A stretch of DNA of 64,000 nucleotides from a bacterium (lineage in GTDB: Bacteria; Patescibacteriota; Patescibacteriia; UBA10025), in assembly GCA_021815445.1 (NCBI GenBank), contig JAKAGM010000001.1:235527-299526 (forward strand). The letters run 5' to 3'. This document shows, in pieces, positions 27,691 through 37,680 of this stretch. The stretch's first letter is position 1. Every line of letters begins with the position of its first letter. Both the position numbers and the translations under genes were made by a program. The notes below the pieces were generated by a model, which was not told where the DNA came from, did not search any database, and saw nothing but the letters and a program-made list of their open reading frames with translations.

Positions 27691-28155
27691 CTACTCAATC
27701 TCCAATACCTCTATGGTTTGCTCGCCTTTTGGGGTATTCATCTTAATGACATCGCCGACTCGCTTCATTATGAGAGCTTGTCCCAGAGGAGATTCATTCG
27801 AAATAAAACCCCGTGAGGGATCAGCCTCATTAGAACCCACAATATGGTATTTATGACTTGCATCACTGTTTTTAACTGTGATAAGAGAACCGACCTGCAC
27901 TGTCGAACCAGATTGCTGGCTTTTTTCTATAATGACGGCGTTTTTTACAATCGATTCAAGTTCCGCTATCCTGCCCTCGGTGAAAGATTGCTCATTTTTT
28001 GCCTCAGCATACTCGGCATTTTCCGATAAATCGCCAAGTTCTTTTGCCTCTTGAATGCGCGACGCAATTTCTTTACGCTTTACGTTTCTTAATTCGTCAA
28101 GCTCTTTGGTAATCTTTTCTAGTCCCTCTTTCGTTATGTATGTTTGCTTTTGCAT
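27691..28155 (-). CDS. greA: Transcription elongation factor GreA
   Basis: MQKQTYITKEGLEKITKELDELR...GDLSENAEYAEAK. The start is trimmed to ATG 28155. Confidence 0.9.
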   Translation of the reverse strand: MQKQTYITKEGLEKITKELDELRNVKRKEIASRIQEAKELGDLSENAEYAEAKNEQSFTEGRIAELESIVKNAVIIEKSQQSGSTVQVGSLITVKNSDASHKYHIVGSNEADPSRGFISNESPLGQALIMKRVGDVIKMNTPKGEQTIEVLEIE

Positions 28156-28286
28156 AGATCGAGAAGTAATTAAAAAATGATGAGTGTAGAGCAACCTAAT
28201 GCATTGCCCTCATACTATTTTTATGGGCACGGATACGATGATAAAGGTTCGATAATGCCATGTCAAGGCAGTTATCCACACTCGCG

Positions 28287-30224
28287 CTATGCAGGGTGGT
28301 CGTGCCACCAGGACAGGATGTCGCGTGCGACAGGCAGCGCCACGTCGTTCCCCTGGCCGCCGCCCTCAATAAGGACGGTAACCACAATTTCAGGATTTTC
28401 ATAGGGCGCAAAAGACGTGAACCATCCGTGGGTTCGATCACCGTCAAATTGTGCCGTGCCTGTTTTCGCAGCACTGGTTATGGGCAGACTGAGTAACCCG
28501 CGAGAACTGCCGGTCAATACGCCTTCCCTCATCCCCTGCTTAACTATGTGTATATTTTCCGGAGATATAAACCCAGACCTGATAACCGCTGGGTTACTGC
28601 GGGTTTCTGTGCTACCATCGTGGCTGATAATATCTTTCACAATAAATGGTCTGTACAGAGTACCACCGTTTGCGATAGCTGAGGTATATGTAGCGACCTG
28701 AAGAGGCGTGACAAGCAAATCACCTTGTCCGATTGATAAGTGGTAAGTGTCCCCGATGTACCACGGCTCCTTTTTTACACGCTCCTTCCATTCTTTGGTA
28801 GGCAAAAAACCCGGACGTTCACCAGGGAGGTCTATCCCTAGTAGGGCATTGAGTCCGAAGAGCTCGGCGTATTTCCGTATCCTGTCTACGCCGAGACCGG
28901 TGAATGTTTGGTTGTCACCGCCGCCGGTATAGTAAAAGAACGTGTTCACAGACTGTGCCAAAGCTTTGTAGACGTCAGTTACACCATGACCGCCTGCCTT
29001 CCAGTCGGGGAAAAACCAGTCGCCGATACGAACTCCCCCTGTGCTTAGGTATGTCGTCTGGGGAGTGATCACGTGCTCCTGGAGCCCCGCTGCGGCAATA
29101 ACAGGCTTTATCACCGATCCAGAGGGGTACTCGCCGGATATGGCTCTATTGAAGAGCGGGAGTTTGGGGTCAGTGGAAAGTTTTCGATATTCTTCAGGAC
29201 TTATCCCTTGGGCAAAGCTGTTCGATGAAAACGTTGGCGATGAGACCATAGCAAGTACTTCTCCTGTCCTCGGATCAAGAACGACTGCTGTGGCGCCTGT
29301 CGAGGTATGGTCATCTTTTAATGCCTGCGCCAGCCGCTCCGTAACCATTTGTTGGAGACCGGCGCGAACCGTTAACACAAGATTACTACCGGGTACAGGC
29401 GGAGATTCAGCGATTACTTTTTGTTCATTTCCAAGAGCATCGACCTCGATTTCCTTCTTTCCCATGATGCCGCGGAGAGTGTCCTCGTACATGCTTTCGA
29501 TTCCTGTTTTTCCAATCACGTCATTGAACTGGTATACTTTTCCAGCCTTTTTTTCCGCATCATACTCTGATTGGGTTAATTTCCCCGTGTACCCGAGTAT
29601 ATGCGAGTAGGAAGTATCGTCGCTGTAATGCCTGAGTGAAGAAACTGACATTTCAATACCGGGCAGCTTTTTTACCTCAATCTCAAGGACAACTGAAAGG
29701 TCATGAGGAATTTGATCCGCAATGACTAGGGGTTCGTAGGAATATCGTGACACAGATGAGACTTTTTTTTCCACCTCTTCATATTTGATGTTGAGGAGTG
29801 ATGATACTTTTTCAAGTACCTTCGTTTTTTCACCTTGATCCTTAGGAAGATCAGCTGGGACGACAGACAACAGGAAGTCCGGGGTGTTTGTAGCTAATTG
29901 CTCCCGTGATCGGTCCATGACAATGCCTCGGGGGGGTGGAATATCTATAATGCGGATTCTGTTTTCTTCTGCCGATGATCTATATTCATCACCATGCACA
30001 ATCTGAATGCCAGATACTCTAATAATAAAGACTGCAAAAATGCAACACATAATGACAAACGCCCATCGCAGACGGCGCAAATCTGTGCCTACGTGGATTG
30101 TGTCATGGCCGGGAAAAAGCCATGTCGCTTCGGTTCCCTGCTCCCGCGATTGTGAAAAATGACTCAGGGATCTTCTTTTTACATCATCACGCGAGGATGA
30201 CTCGATAAGAAAAGGATCTCTCAT
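28287..30224 (-). CDS. mrdA: Penicillin-binding protein 2 (peptidoglycan D,D-transpeptidase)
   Basis: SGSVIKPV (SxxK), SSN and KTGTA motifs. It follows mreBCD. Confidence 0.8.
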   Translation of the reverse strand: MRDPFLIESSSRDDVKRRSLSHFSQSREQGTEATWLFPGHDTIHVGTDLRRLRWAFVIMCCIFAVFIIRVSGIQIVHGDEYRSSAEENRIRIIDIPPPRGIVMDRSREQLATNTPDFLLSVVPADLPKDQGEKTKVLEKVSSLLNIKYEEVEKKVSSVSRYSYEPLVIADQIPHDLSVVLEIEVKKLPGIEMSVSSLRHYSDDTSYSHILGYTGKLTQSEYDAEKKAGKVYQFNDVIGKTGIESMYEDTLRGIMGKKEIEVDALGNEQKVIAESPPVPGSNLVLTVRAGLQQMVTERLAQALKDDHTSTGATAVVLDPRTGEVLAMVSSPTFSSNSFAQGISPEEYRKLSTDPKLPLFNRAISGEYPSGSVIKPVIAAAGLQEHVITPQTTYLSTGGVRIGDWFFPDWKAGGHGVTDVYKALAQSVNTFFYYTGGGDNQTFTGLGVDRIRKYAELFGLNALLGIDLPGERPGFLPTKEWKERVKKEPWYIGDTYHLSIGQGDLLVTPLQVATYTSAIANGGTLYRPFIVKDIISHDGSTETRSNPAVIRSGFISPENIHIVKQGMREGVLTGSSRGLLSLPITSAAKTGTAQFDGDRTHGWFTSFAPYENPEIVVTVLIEGGGQGNDVALPVARDILSWWHDHPA

Positions 30225-30766
30225 GCGCGTGACTTAAGGAAAAATTGTTTTTGAAAAACCGATGAAAAAATCTTTGCACACGCCAGACACAAAATCCCAA
30301 TGGTAACATTCCCGAGGGAAATCAGTAGGGAAAACTTAAATGTTTGCAGATCAATAGTTTGTGACGTATGCAGTTTCAAAAATTCAATTAAAGGGATTAA
30401 CAACCACATAGTAACTAAAAATACCTGCGGAGAAATAATGAGAGATAAGATAAAATTAACATTCTTTTTTCTCGTAGTATATTCAAAAAGGGAGGGGGTG
30501 ATGACGCACGATACAATCAGAGCGAGTGACTCCAGACCCAGAGATGTCCCGCTTGATATTCCTATGAAGAAGCCGACAACAAGCGCCGCCGTGATGCCGC
30601 GGGCGGGGGTAAGGAAAACGGTTGCGGCACATACGACTAATAAAGTAATATCCAGATAGTTTCGCAAGGAACTATTGAATGACAAAAAACTTACCTGAAA
30701 AATAGTTAAAAATACGAGGAAAAGAAGAAAAAAAAGTGTAGCTCTCATAATGGCACTAGAGAACAA
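30221..30766 (-). CDS. mreD: Rod shape-determining protein MreD-like
   Basis: Small polytopic membrane protein between mreC and mrdA. Confidence 0.5.
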   Translation of the reverse strand: MFSSAIMRATLFFLLFLVFLTIFQVSFLSFNSSLRNYLDITLLVVCAATVFLTPARGITAALVVGFFIGISSGTSLGLESLALIVSCVITPSLFEYTTRKKNVNFILSLIISPQVFLVTMWLLIPLIEFLKLHTSQTIDLQTFKFSLLISLGNVTIGILCLACAKIFSSVFQKQFFLKSRA

Positions 30767-31559
30767 TTGAAACCACAGTCAGATTATCGAGGGAGATCGG
30801 GTACACAACAGCGGAAGATTGGAATAACTCGCCCTCCTTATAGGTAATCTGCCCTACGGATCCTATGATCAAACCTTGGGGTACGCGGTCTTCAGTCCCA
30901 GAGGTAATTATACTCTGTGACTGCGCTATCGGCTCACTCTGGGGAATAAGAGAAAGAGTGAGTGAAAGGCCGTGCGAACCCGTGACAATTCCAAGACTCT
31001 TGGAGTCATTCTGCACTTTGACGGCAAACTCACTTTGCGAGTCGGTGACAAGGTTCATCATGGACGTTGATGAAGTAGTGCTAATAATCTTACCCACAAC
31101 AATGCCCTGTCCGACTACAACAGGCATACCGACGATGACTCCGTTGCTAGTCCCTTTATCTAAAACGACGATGTTGTCGTGCGGAAAAGATGTTCGCGCT
31201 ATAACATGGCTTGGTACGAACGTGTACTTTCTCTCAGTCAGGAACTGCTCCTCATCCCTCAATGTATGTAAATCCTCAAGGGAACTCCGTAACTTTGTGT
31301 TCTCAATAAGTAGGGCTTGAACGCGTTCATTGAGCCGGGTATTTTCATCGGCCTGCTGCTTTCGCGAAGAAAAGAACTCACTAAAGTTTTTTATTCTTCC
31401 CTGAAAATTTGATGAAGCGGTTTCCAACGGCTTTAAGAAGGCAGCCAATCCGTTCTCAATCGGGCCCAAAAGGGAATATCTACCAAAAAGCAACGCAATA
31501 ACCGATATAGCGACTGCAATGCATATAACTCCCCACCGTGATGTAAAAAAACTTTTCAT
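30756..31559 (-). CDS. mreC: Rod shape-determining protein MreC
   Basis: N-terminal TM helix, a coiled-coil (ENTRLNERVQALLIENTKLRSSLEDL) and a beta-barrel C-terminus. Confidence 0.8.
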   Translation of the reverse strand: MKSFFTSRWGVICIAVAISVIALLFGRYSLLGPIENGLAAFLKPLETASSNFQGRIKNFSEFFSSRKQQADENTRLNERVQALLIENTKLRSSLEDLHTLRDEEQFLTERKYTFVPSHVIARTSFPHDNIVVLDKGTSNGVIVGMPVVVGQGIVVGKIISTTSSTSMMNLVTDSQSEFAVKVQNDSKSLGIVTGSHGLSLTLSLIPQSEPIAQSQSIITSGTEDRVPQGLIIGSVGQITYKEGELFQSSAVVYPISLDNLTVVSIVL

Positions 31560-31574
31560 ACACGGGTGAGCGTG

Positions 31575-32630
31575 CTAATTTGTTAGCGTATCCTCCTTGG
31601 TCGAAGGGGAAAGAACGTCTTTTAAGTTTTCGAGGTCCTCGAGAACTATTCCGGTTCCCCTAACCACAGCGGTCAGCGGGTCGTCGGTGATGTGGACAGG
31701 AATTTTCGTTTCATGTGAAATGATCTTGTCGAGGCCCCTTAAAAGTGCTCCCCCGCCTGAGAGCACGATACCGCGTGAGTAAATATCAGAAACCAACTCG
31801 GGGGGCGTATTTTCAATTGTTGATTTGATTCCTTCTATTATCGTGCGCAGAGACCTCGTGATAGCTTCCCGAATTTGGTTGCTATTGACTGATACTTCTT
31901 TCGGTAAACCGGTGATTAGGTCGCGACCTCGAATTTTTGCCTCAAGTGGTTCTTCAAGATCAATCGCGGATCCTATCTTTTTTTTGATACTTTCTGCTGT
32001 CCGTTCACCGAGGAGTAAGTTAAAATGCTCCCGTGAGTACTGAATAATATCCTGATCCATTTTATCTCCTGCCATACGCAGCGATTTCCATGTTACCACG
32101 CCACCGAGGGAAATTACGGCGATTTCAGTTGTTCCGCCGCCGATATCGACAATCATATTTCCTGAGGCGTCTTGAATCGGGAGACGGGCCCCTATTGCAG
32201 CGGCGACTGGCTCTTCAATGAGGAATACTTCTCTCGCTCCTGCAGACAGTGAAGCGTCCTCGACGGCTTTACGTTCTACTTCGGTAACACCCAGAGGAAT
32301 ACCGATAACAATTCGCGGTCGTGGAATAACCGAAAAACCCTCACGATGCACCTTCTCAATAAAATGCTTCAGCATTCGCTCCGTTACCTCAAAGTCCGAG
32401 ATCACGCCGTCGACAAGCGGTCGGGAGACTATGATATGCGCAGGAGACTTCCCTATCATTTTCTGGGCGTCGGCGCCGACTGCGAGTATTTGGTCATTAC
32501 GAGTGTTGATGGCGACGACGGAAGGCTCGTCAATCGTGATGCCCTTATCTTTCACGTACACCAGCGTATTGGCGGTTCCGAGGTCTATACCCATATCCCT
32601 AGATAATGTCCCGAAAAGTCTACTCAGCAT
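31575..32630 (-). CDS. mreB: Rod shape-determining protein MreB
   Basis: Actin-fold ATPase motifs DLGTANTLVY, DIGGGTTE and LSGGGALLRGL. Confidence 0.9.
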   Translation of the reverse strand: MLSRLFGTLSRDMGIDLGTANTLVYVKDKGITIDEPSVVAINTRNDQILAVGADAQKMIGKSPAHIIVSRPLVDGVISDFEVTERMLKHFIEKVHREGFSVIPRPRIVIGIPLGVTEVERKAVEDASLSAGAREVFLIEEPVAAAIGARLPIQDASGNMIVDIGGGTTEIAVISLGGVVTWKSLRMAGDKMDQDIIQYSREHFNLLLGERTAESIKKKIGSAIDLEEPLEAKIRGRDLITGLPKEVSVNSNQIREAITRSLRTIIEGIKSTIENTPPELVSDIYSRGIVLSGGGALLRGLDKIISHETKIPVHITDDPLTAVVRGTGIVLEDLENLKDVLSPSTKEDTLTN

Positions 32631-33882
32631 AGTAGTTTTTCACAAACTCAATCGCCTGCGAAGCATTCATTTTTTTTGAGGCAGATTCATTGCGTATTTT
32701 GACCTCAAGTTGGTTTTCATTGGATGTACTAATTACCATCCTCGCCGTAATACCGACCATATCAGCATCTTTAAACTTAACACCAGCCGATGCCACGCGG
32801 TCATCCAGTAAAATAGTTAACCCCGCATTCAGGCAGTCATGCACGAGTCGCTCTGTCTTCTTTTTCTCCTCCAAGCCTTTAGAAAGCTGCACGAGGTGGA
32901 TTTGGAACGGAGTCACACTCTTAGGCCATATAATGCCCTGCGCATCGTTTGACACCTCAACAATAGTACCGACGAGCCTGCCCGGACCGATGCCGTAGCT
33001 AGCCATAATTAAAGGATGGGTTGAGCCGTCTGATGCGGTGAATGTCGCGCCAATCGAGTCCGAAAATTTCGTACCCAGTTTAAAAATATTGCCGACTTCA
33101 ATCCCCTTTTTTTCGGATAGCGACCCGTGGCACTTCGGACAAGGACCGCCGGCTTTCTGTTCGGCAATCTCAGAATTCTGGGCAAAATGGCATGAAGGGC
33201 AGTAAATTATCCTGTCTTCCCCGGCATCGGAAATAACTTGGAATTCATCCGAAAACCTCTTGGTAAAACTTCCCCCGGCCGCCTCAATCATAAGAGCCTG
33301 CAGACCAAGGCGAGAGAATATGCTCAGATATGACGCAGCAACTCTATTGTAGAAGGAGTCCAGATCCTTCTCATCGGCGTGAAAGCTGTATAAATCCTTC
33401 ATTGAGAATTCGCGTCCGCGGATCAATCCGGATTTAGCGCGCGGCTCATCTCGAAATTTATCCTGAATCTGATACAGGGCAAGGGGAAGATCTTTATACG
33501 AGGTTATACGCTGTTTGACAATGTGCGTAATCACCTCTTCGTGGGTAGCTGCAAGACCGACCTGTCTCCCGGAATGATCAGGAAACTGGTACATAATGTC
33601 GGAAAGGTCTTTCCATCTGCCCGTTTTTTCCCAAATTTCTTTTGGCTGAAGCGCGGGCATATAAAATTCCTGTGCGCCAAGTGCATCCATCTCGCGACGA
33701 ATGACGTCCTTGACTGCATTAAGGACGCGGAGTCCGAGCGGGAGATACGTATACACCCCAGCCATCAATTTTGAGATGAAACCTGCCTGCTCAAGAAGCT
33801 GGGCATTTCGTGAAGATTCGTCCTTCGGGGGCTGTCGGAATGTCTTTCCGAATAGCTCTGAATATCTTACAAATGATTTCAT
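32620..33882 (-). CDS. proS: Proline--tRNA ligase (short form, 420 aa). It lacks an INS editing domain and carries a CxxC...CxxC zinc-ribbon insert.
   Basis: Class II motifs. CPSCHF...CPKCHG sits where the bacterial INS domain normally is. Confidence 0.8.
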   Translation of the reverse strand: MKSFVRYSELFGKTFRQPPKDESSRNAQLLEQAGFISKLMAGVYTYLPLGLRVLNAVKDVIRREMDALGAQEFYMPALQPKEIWEKTGRWKDLSDIMYQFPDHSGRQVGLAATHEEVITHIVKQRITSYKDLPLALYQIQDKFRDEPRAKSGLIRGREFSMKDLYSFHADEKDLDSFYNRVAASYLSIFSRLGLQALMIEAAGGSFTKRFSDEFQVISDAGEDRIIYCPSCHFAQNSEIAEQKAGGPCPKCHGSLSEKKGIEVGNIFKLGTKFSDSIGATFTASDGSTHPLIMASYGIGPGRLVGTIVEVSNDAQGIIWPKSVTPFQIHLVQLSKGLEEKKKTERLVHDCLNAGLTILLDDRVASAGVKFKDADMVGITARMVISTSNENQLEVKIRNESASKKMNASQAIEFVKNYYAE

Positions 33883-34982
33883 GTGCCAAACACTCCTTTC
33901 ACAAATGATGAGATGGCCCCTGACAATCTCGTGACGTCTTTGATAGTGACCAGGAGGACTAAAACCATCAGGAGTGCGAAGCCGACGTTATGAATGATGC
34001 TCTCTACTTTGCGGCTTACCGGTTTCCTTCTAAGTTTTTCGATCAAAAGGAAGAAGAGTCGCCCTCCGTCAAGCGCAGGAAAAGGCAAGATATTAATGAA
34101 CGCAAGATTAAGCGATAAAAGTGCCGCAAATTGTAAAAGGTAAATAAAACCGAGTCGAGCGACTTGGCCGGTCAGAACGGCTATTCCCACCGGTCCGGCA
34201 ACGTCGAGCTGGACGGCATGTCCAATAAAAAGATTTCGCACCAAAGTATACACAGCAACAAGTATCTGCCAAAAGACAATTCCGGTAGTTTTAGCTCCCT
34301 CCCAAAAAGCACTGAAAAAAGGATAGCGAACTACACCTGTTTCATACAATCCTGCTCCGATAATCCCCTTGCCGCTTGAATCAGCTACTGGTGTAAGCGC
34401 AAAAGAAAGTTGCGTATTTGCCCGAAGGACGCGGAGATATACTTCTTTCCCGCCGAGGGGCTGAATTAACTGACGAAACTGGGAAATAGTCGATACGTGT
34501 TGATTGTCCACATCCGTAATGATGTCACCAGGTTTTAATGAGGCTTTTTCGGCTGGTGATGACGCGACGACCTCGACGATTTGGATGCGTTGGTCGCTGA
34601 TAATCGCGCGTGGTCCGACTCCTTCCGTTGCGCTCGGTATCCCAAATGTATAGCCGACTGTGAATAAAATGAATGCAAGAACTATATTCATTAAAACACC
34701 GGCACAGAGGATCAATGAACGCTGCCAGATTTTTTTTTGAACGAAACTATCCGGATCCTGAGAATGGTCGCCCTGCTCGCCTTTGATTTTAACGAACCCG
34801 CCTAGTGGTATCCAATTTATTGAGTATCTGGTCCCCCCTTTTTTAAAGCCGAGAGCTCTGGGTGGAAATCCAACCCCGAACTCTTCAACCGAGACGCGCA
34901 TTTTCCTTGCCATAAAAAAATGACCGCATTCGTGCACAAGGACAAGCAGAGTAAGAATTATTAGAAAATATACTATTGACAT
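33879..34982 (-). CDS. rseP: RIP metalloprotease RseP (site-2 protease)
   Basis: HECGHF (HExxH) in TM1, a PDZ domain, and a C-terminal LDGG motif. Confidence 0.8.
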   Translation of the reverse strand: MSIVYFLIILTLLVLVHECGHFFMARKMRVSVEEFGVGFPPRALGFKKGGTRYSINWIPLGGFVKIKGEQGDHSQDPDSFVQKKIWQRSLILCAGVLMNIVLAFILFTVGYTFGIPSATEGVGPRAIISDQRIQIVEVVASSPAEKASLKPGDIITDVDNQHVSTISQFRQLIQPLGGKEVYLRVLRANTQLSFALTPVADSSGKGIIGAGLYETGVVRYPFFSAFWEGAKTTGIVFWQILVAVYTLVRNLFIGHAVQLDVAGPVGIAVLTGQVARLGFIYLLQFAALLSLNLAFINILPFPALDGGRLFFLLIEKLRRKPVSRKVESIIHNVGFALLMVLVLLVTIKDVTRLSGAISSFVKGVFGT

Positions 34983-34988
34983 GGTAGC

Positions 34989-35537
34989 CTACACAGTTAA
35001 AATTTCTACCTCTTTTTTCTTTACAATATCCTTGACCATGTCGCCGTAGGTGTCAATAGTTTTTTGTAAATCTTTTTGCAACCTGAAAAAATCATCCTCG
35101 GGGAGCAACCCATCCTTTTTTTTCTGTTGAAGATCCTTAAGAATATCCTCCCTAATATTCCTCAAACGTACGCGTGAATCTTCAGATTTTTTACCAATAA
35201 GTCGTACCAACTCTTCTCTTCGCTCCTGGGTAAGCTGAGGAATAACTACACGAATAACCTTGCCCTCATTGACTGGGTGCAATCCGAGGGAAGACAACTG
35301 AATGGCTTTCTCTATGTCCTTCACCGAATTGACGTCCCATGGTTGGATAAGGACGCTCTTTGGGTCCGGGACCGTAATGCTGGCAAGTTGCTGCAGAGGC
35401 GTTTTAGCTCCGTAATAATCGACGGAGATATTTTCAACAAGCGCAGGCGTCGCTCTGCCTGTTCGTATTTGGGCGAGTTCATCCTTGAGATTGTCCAGGG
35501 CGCTATCAAATTGTTCTGTTGGAAAATCGTGGTTCAT
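34989..35537 (-). CDS. frr: Ribosome-recycling factor
   Basis: 182 aa. RRF fold signature ...VVIPQLTQERREELVRLIGKKSEDSRVRLRNIRED... Confidence 0.9.
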   Translation of the reverse strand: MNHDFPTEQFDSALDNLKDELAQIRTGRATPALVENISVDYYGAKTPLQQLASITVPDPKSVLIQPWDVNSVKDIEKAIQLSSLGLHPVNEGKVIRVVIPQLTQERREELVRLIGKKSEDSRVRLRNIREDILKDLQQKKKDGLLPEDDFFRLQKDLQKTIDTYGDMVKDIVKKKEVEILTV

Positions 35538-35546
35538 GGGTGTTAG

Positions 35547-36611
35547 CTATTTGCCTGCGGGGACAGTCCCGGCGAATAGGACGTCCTGCGAAAATGCTGA
35601 GATATAGAGCGATCCTATTGTTCTCGAAGTTGGGACTGTTTTGATCGTTTTCCATGTCACGCCTCCGTCCACAGTCTTGTGAAGTATATTACCTACTGCA
35701 AAAAATATTTCTTTACGGTTTGTCGGATTGACAGCGACAACTCGTATCGGAACAGAGCCAAAAGGAAAGAGCGTAGATATCGGCTGCCATGTTGCTGCAC
35801 CGTCAGAACTTGTTAAAATGCCATACGGTGTTCCGAGAGCCATGAATTCTGTGTCAGAATGGAAATCTATCCAGAGAACCGATTTTGATCCGGTGAATGC
35901 GTTCAGCGCGGCCGAGAGGTCCTGCCAAGTTTCTCCGCCATCTGTAGTCCTGTAAAAACCGTAGTTTGTTGCGTAAAGGTAGAGCGTACGTGAGTCCTTC
36001 GCGCTGATCAGCAACTGCGCCGCTTGCGTCCCTTTCCAATTCAGTGTGCGCCATGTCACGCCAGCGTCTTCACTCTTTAACACCGACGACTGGGTGGTGG
36101 CATATATTTTTGACGGATTAAATGAATCAATAGCTAAGGCGGTGATGGTTTCATGTGGCTGTGACTCTACATAAATTGTCGTCCAGGTTTTCATCCCGTC
36201 AATGCTTTTGCTTATCGTCGTCCCTTGAGCGGCATACAGAACATCTGTGTTGCTTGGATCAACCACTAATGCCAAATATGTGCTTGAACGCAGCGGGGTA
36301 GCTTCCCATTTTTCACCCCGGTCGAGGGTCCGATATACACCATTCGTTCTAGATACAAAATATATCTTTTGAGCGTTTTTGGGATCAAAAACAAGAAATG
36401 AAGCATCAAGTGGGCCAATCGTAATGATTGTTTTGTTTTGTTGTCCTATGAATGTTTTTGCCGACCACGTTTCACCCGAGTTGAGTGAAATAAAAACTCC
36501 GCCGTCCGGGGGAGAGGCTTTTTTTAGACTGAGCGTGCAACCAGTCAAGAGGATGGCTGAGACAATGAGCATCACGAACATTATGGCGTGGTGTTTCTTC
36601 ATACTAGGCAC
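35547..36611 (-). CDS. Lipoprotein with seven BNR/Asp-box repeats (Ycf48/sortilin-like beta-propeller)
   Basis: Lipobox LLTGC. Seven S-x-D-x-G-x-T-W-like motifs (SGETW, RGEKW, GMKTW, AGVTW, GGETW, GAATW, GGVTW). Confidence 0.6.
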   Translation of the reverse strand: MPSMKKHHAIMFVMLIVSAILLTGCTLSLKKASPPDGGVFISLNSGETWSAKTFIGQQNKTIITIGPLDASFLVFDPKNAQKIYFVSRTNGVYRTLDRGEKWEATPLRSSTYLALVVDPSNTDVLYAAQGTTISKSIDGMKTWTTIYVESQPHETITALAIDSFNPSKIYATTQSSVLKSEDAGVTWRTLNWKGTQAAQLLISAKDSRTLYLYATNYGFYRTTDGGETWQDLSAALNAFTGSKSVLWIDFHSDTEFMALGTPYGILTSSDGAATWQPISTLFPFGSVPIRVVAVNPTNRKEIFFAVGNILHKTVDGGVTWKTIKTVPTSRTIGSLYISAFSQDVLFAGTVPAGK

Positions 36612-37611
36612 TTAGTGCAAAAGACTCAAAAATGAGACGAATTTGGACATTCTGTTGGATTAATTTTCTTGCTGAAATGCAAAAACGGAGAAGTGAATTA
36701 AGCTTTGCCGAATTATGCTTCCGCGCAATCGTATCAACGTAGTGTTTCCGCGTAGACGGGAGCGAACGTTTCATGCCGGAGGATACAAGTACGGCATCGC
36801 GTAAAAGCAACGACCAACGGCTGAATGTTTCTTCCGCCCACGCACGGTCTTGTGATGATGACACGGACTTTGGGAGTATTGATTCGATGATCGTAAAACG
36901 ATCCATTGGGGAATCTGTCAGTAATCGAGTAATGACACTAAGAGAATTCTGAAAATCATCGTACGCAGTCTCATCCATCATGCTCAGCGCAACTCCTTGT
37001 CTTCCGCTTGCAACTGCGGCGATCTCAATGGCTCTTTGTTTCGGCGTCCCACGTGCAATGAGACTCTGTACGATATCTTCATCTTTAGCCGGGGAAAAAA
37101 ATAACATCTGGCAGCGCGAGGAGATGGTCCTCATCAATCGATCCGGTGAACTTGATGTAAGAATGAGCGTCGTATGCGGAGACGGTTCTTCGAGAGTTTT
37201 AAGAAGCGCATTTGCAGCACCGGGAGAAAGATATTCTGCTTCTTCGATAATGGCAACCTTTCTATACCCAGCGAGAGGACGGAGTGAAAGAGAAGAACGG
37301 AGACTGCGGAGCTTTTCAATCGGTAGTAATTCGCCCTGCGCACGGTGTAAGGTGTAAAGGTCAGGATGAGTACCGCGGCGGACCTCATTACATGAGCTGC
37401 ATCCATTGCACGGTACATTGGCGTCGCTCTTTGCTCGCTCGCAAAGAAGAGTTTGCGCAAATAGCTTCGCAACGGACATCTTCCCTATTGAGGCAGGACC
37501 AGCAAAGATGTATGCGTGGCCGATCGAACCATTTATGAAAGCTGTTTCAAGGTAACGTACCACCTGTCGATGACCGATAATCGGCCAGTCAAATTTCATC
37601 TTTAGAGCCAT
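36604..37611 (-). CDS. holB: DNA polymerase III subunit delta-prime
   Basis: HAYIFAGPASIGKMSVAKLF... and a zinc module CNGCSSCNEV. The start is probably MALKMKF at 37611. Confidence 0.65.
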   Translation of the reverse strand: MALKMKFDWPIIGHRQVVRYLETAFINGSIGHAYIFAGPASIGKMSVAKLFAQTLLCERAKSDANVPCNGCSSCNEVRRGTHPDLYTLHRAQGELLPIEKLRSLRSSLSLRPLAGYRKVAIIEEAEYLSPGAANALLKTLEEPSPHTTLILTSSSPDRLMRTISSRCQMLFFSPAKDEDIVQSLIARGTPKQRAIEIAAVASGRQGVALSMMDETAYDDFQNSLSVITRLLTDSPMDRFTIIESILPKSVSSSQDRAWAEETFSRWSLLLRDAVLVSSGMKRSLPSTRKHYVDTIARKHNSAKLNSLLRFCISARKLIQQNVQIRLIFESFALSA

Positions 37612-37680
37612 AACGCAGAGCCCGGTAATTTTTCTTTGGTAAAAATGGTGAGCTGAGCATACCACATATGGTCTGTTTTA

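Noticed and set aside
28417-29610. Plus-strand ORFs 28417-28701, 28747-28932 and 29041-29610 antisense to the PBP2 gene
   Set aside because: They are nested in a well-supported transpeptidase gene and have Ser/Pro/Arg-rich compositions typical of antisense frames.
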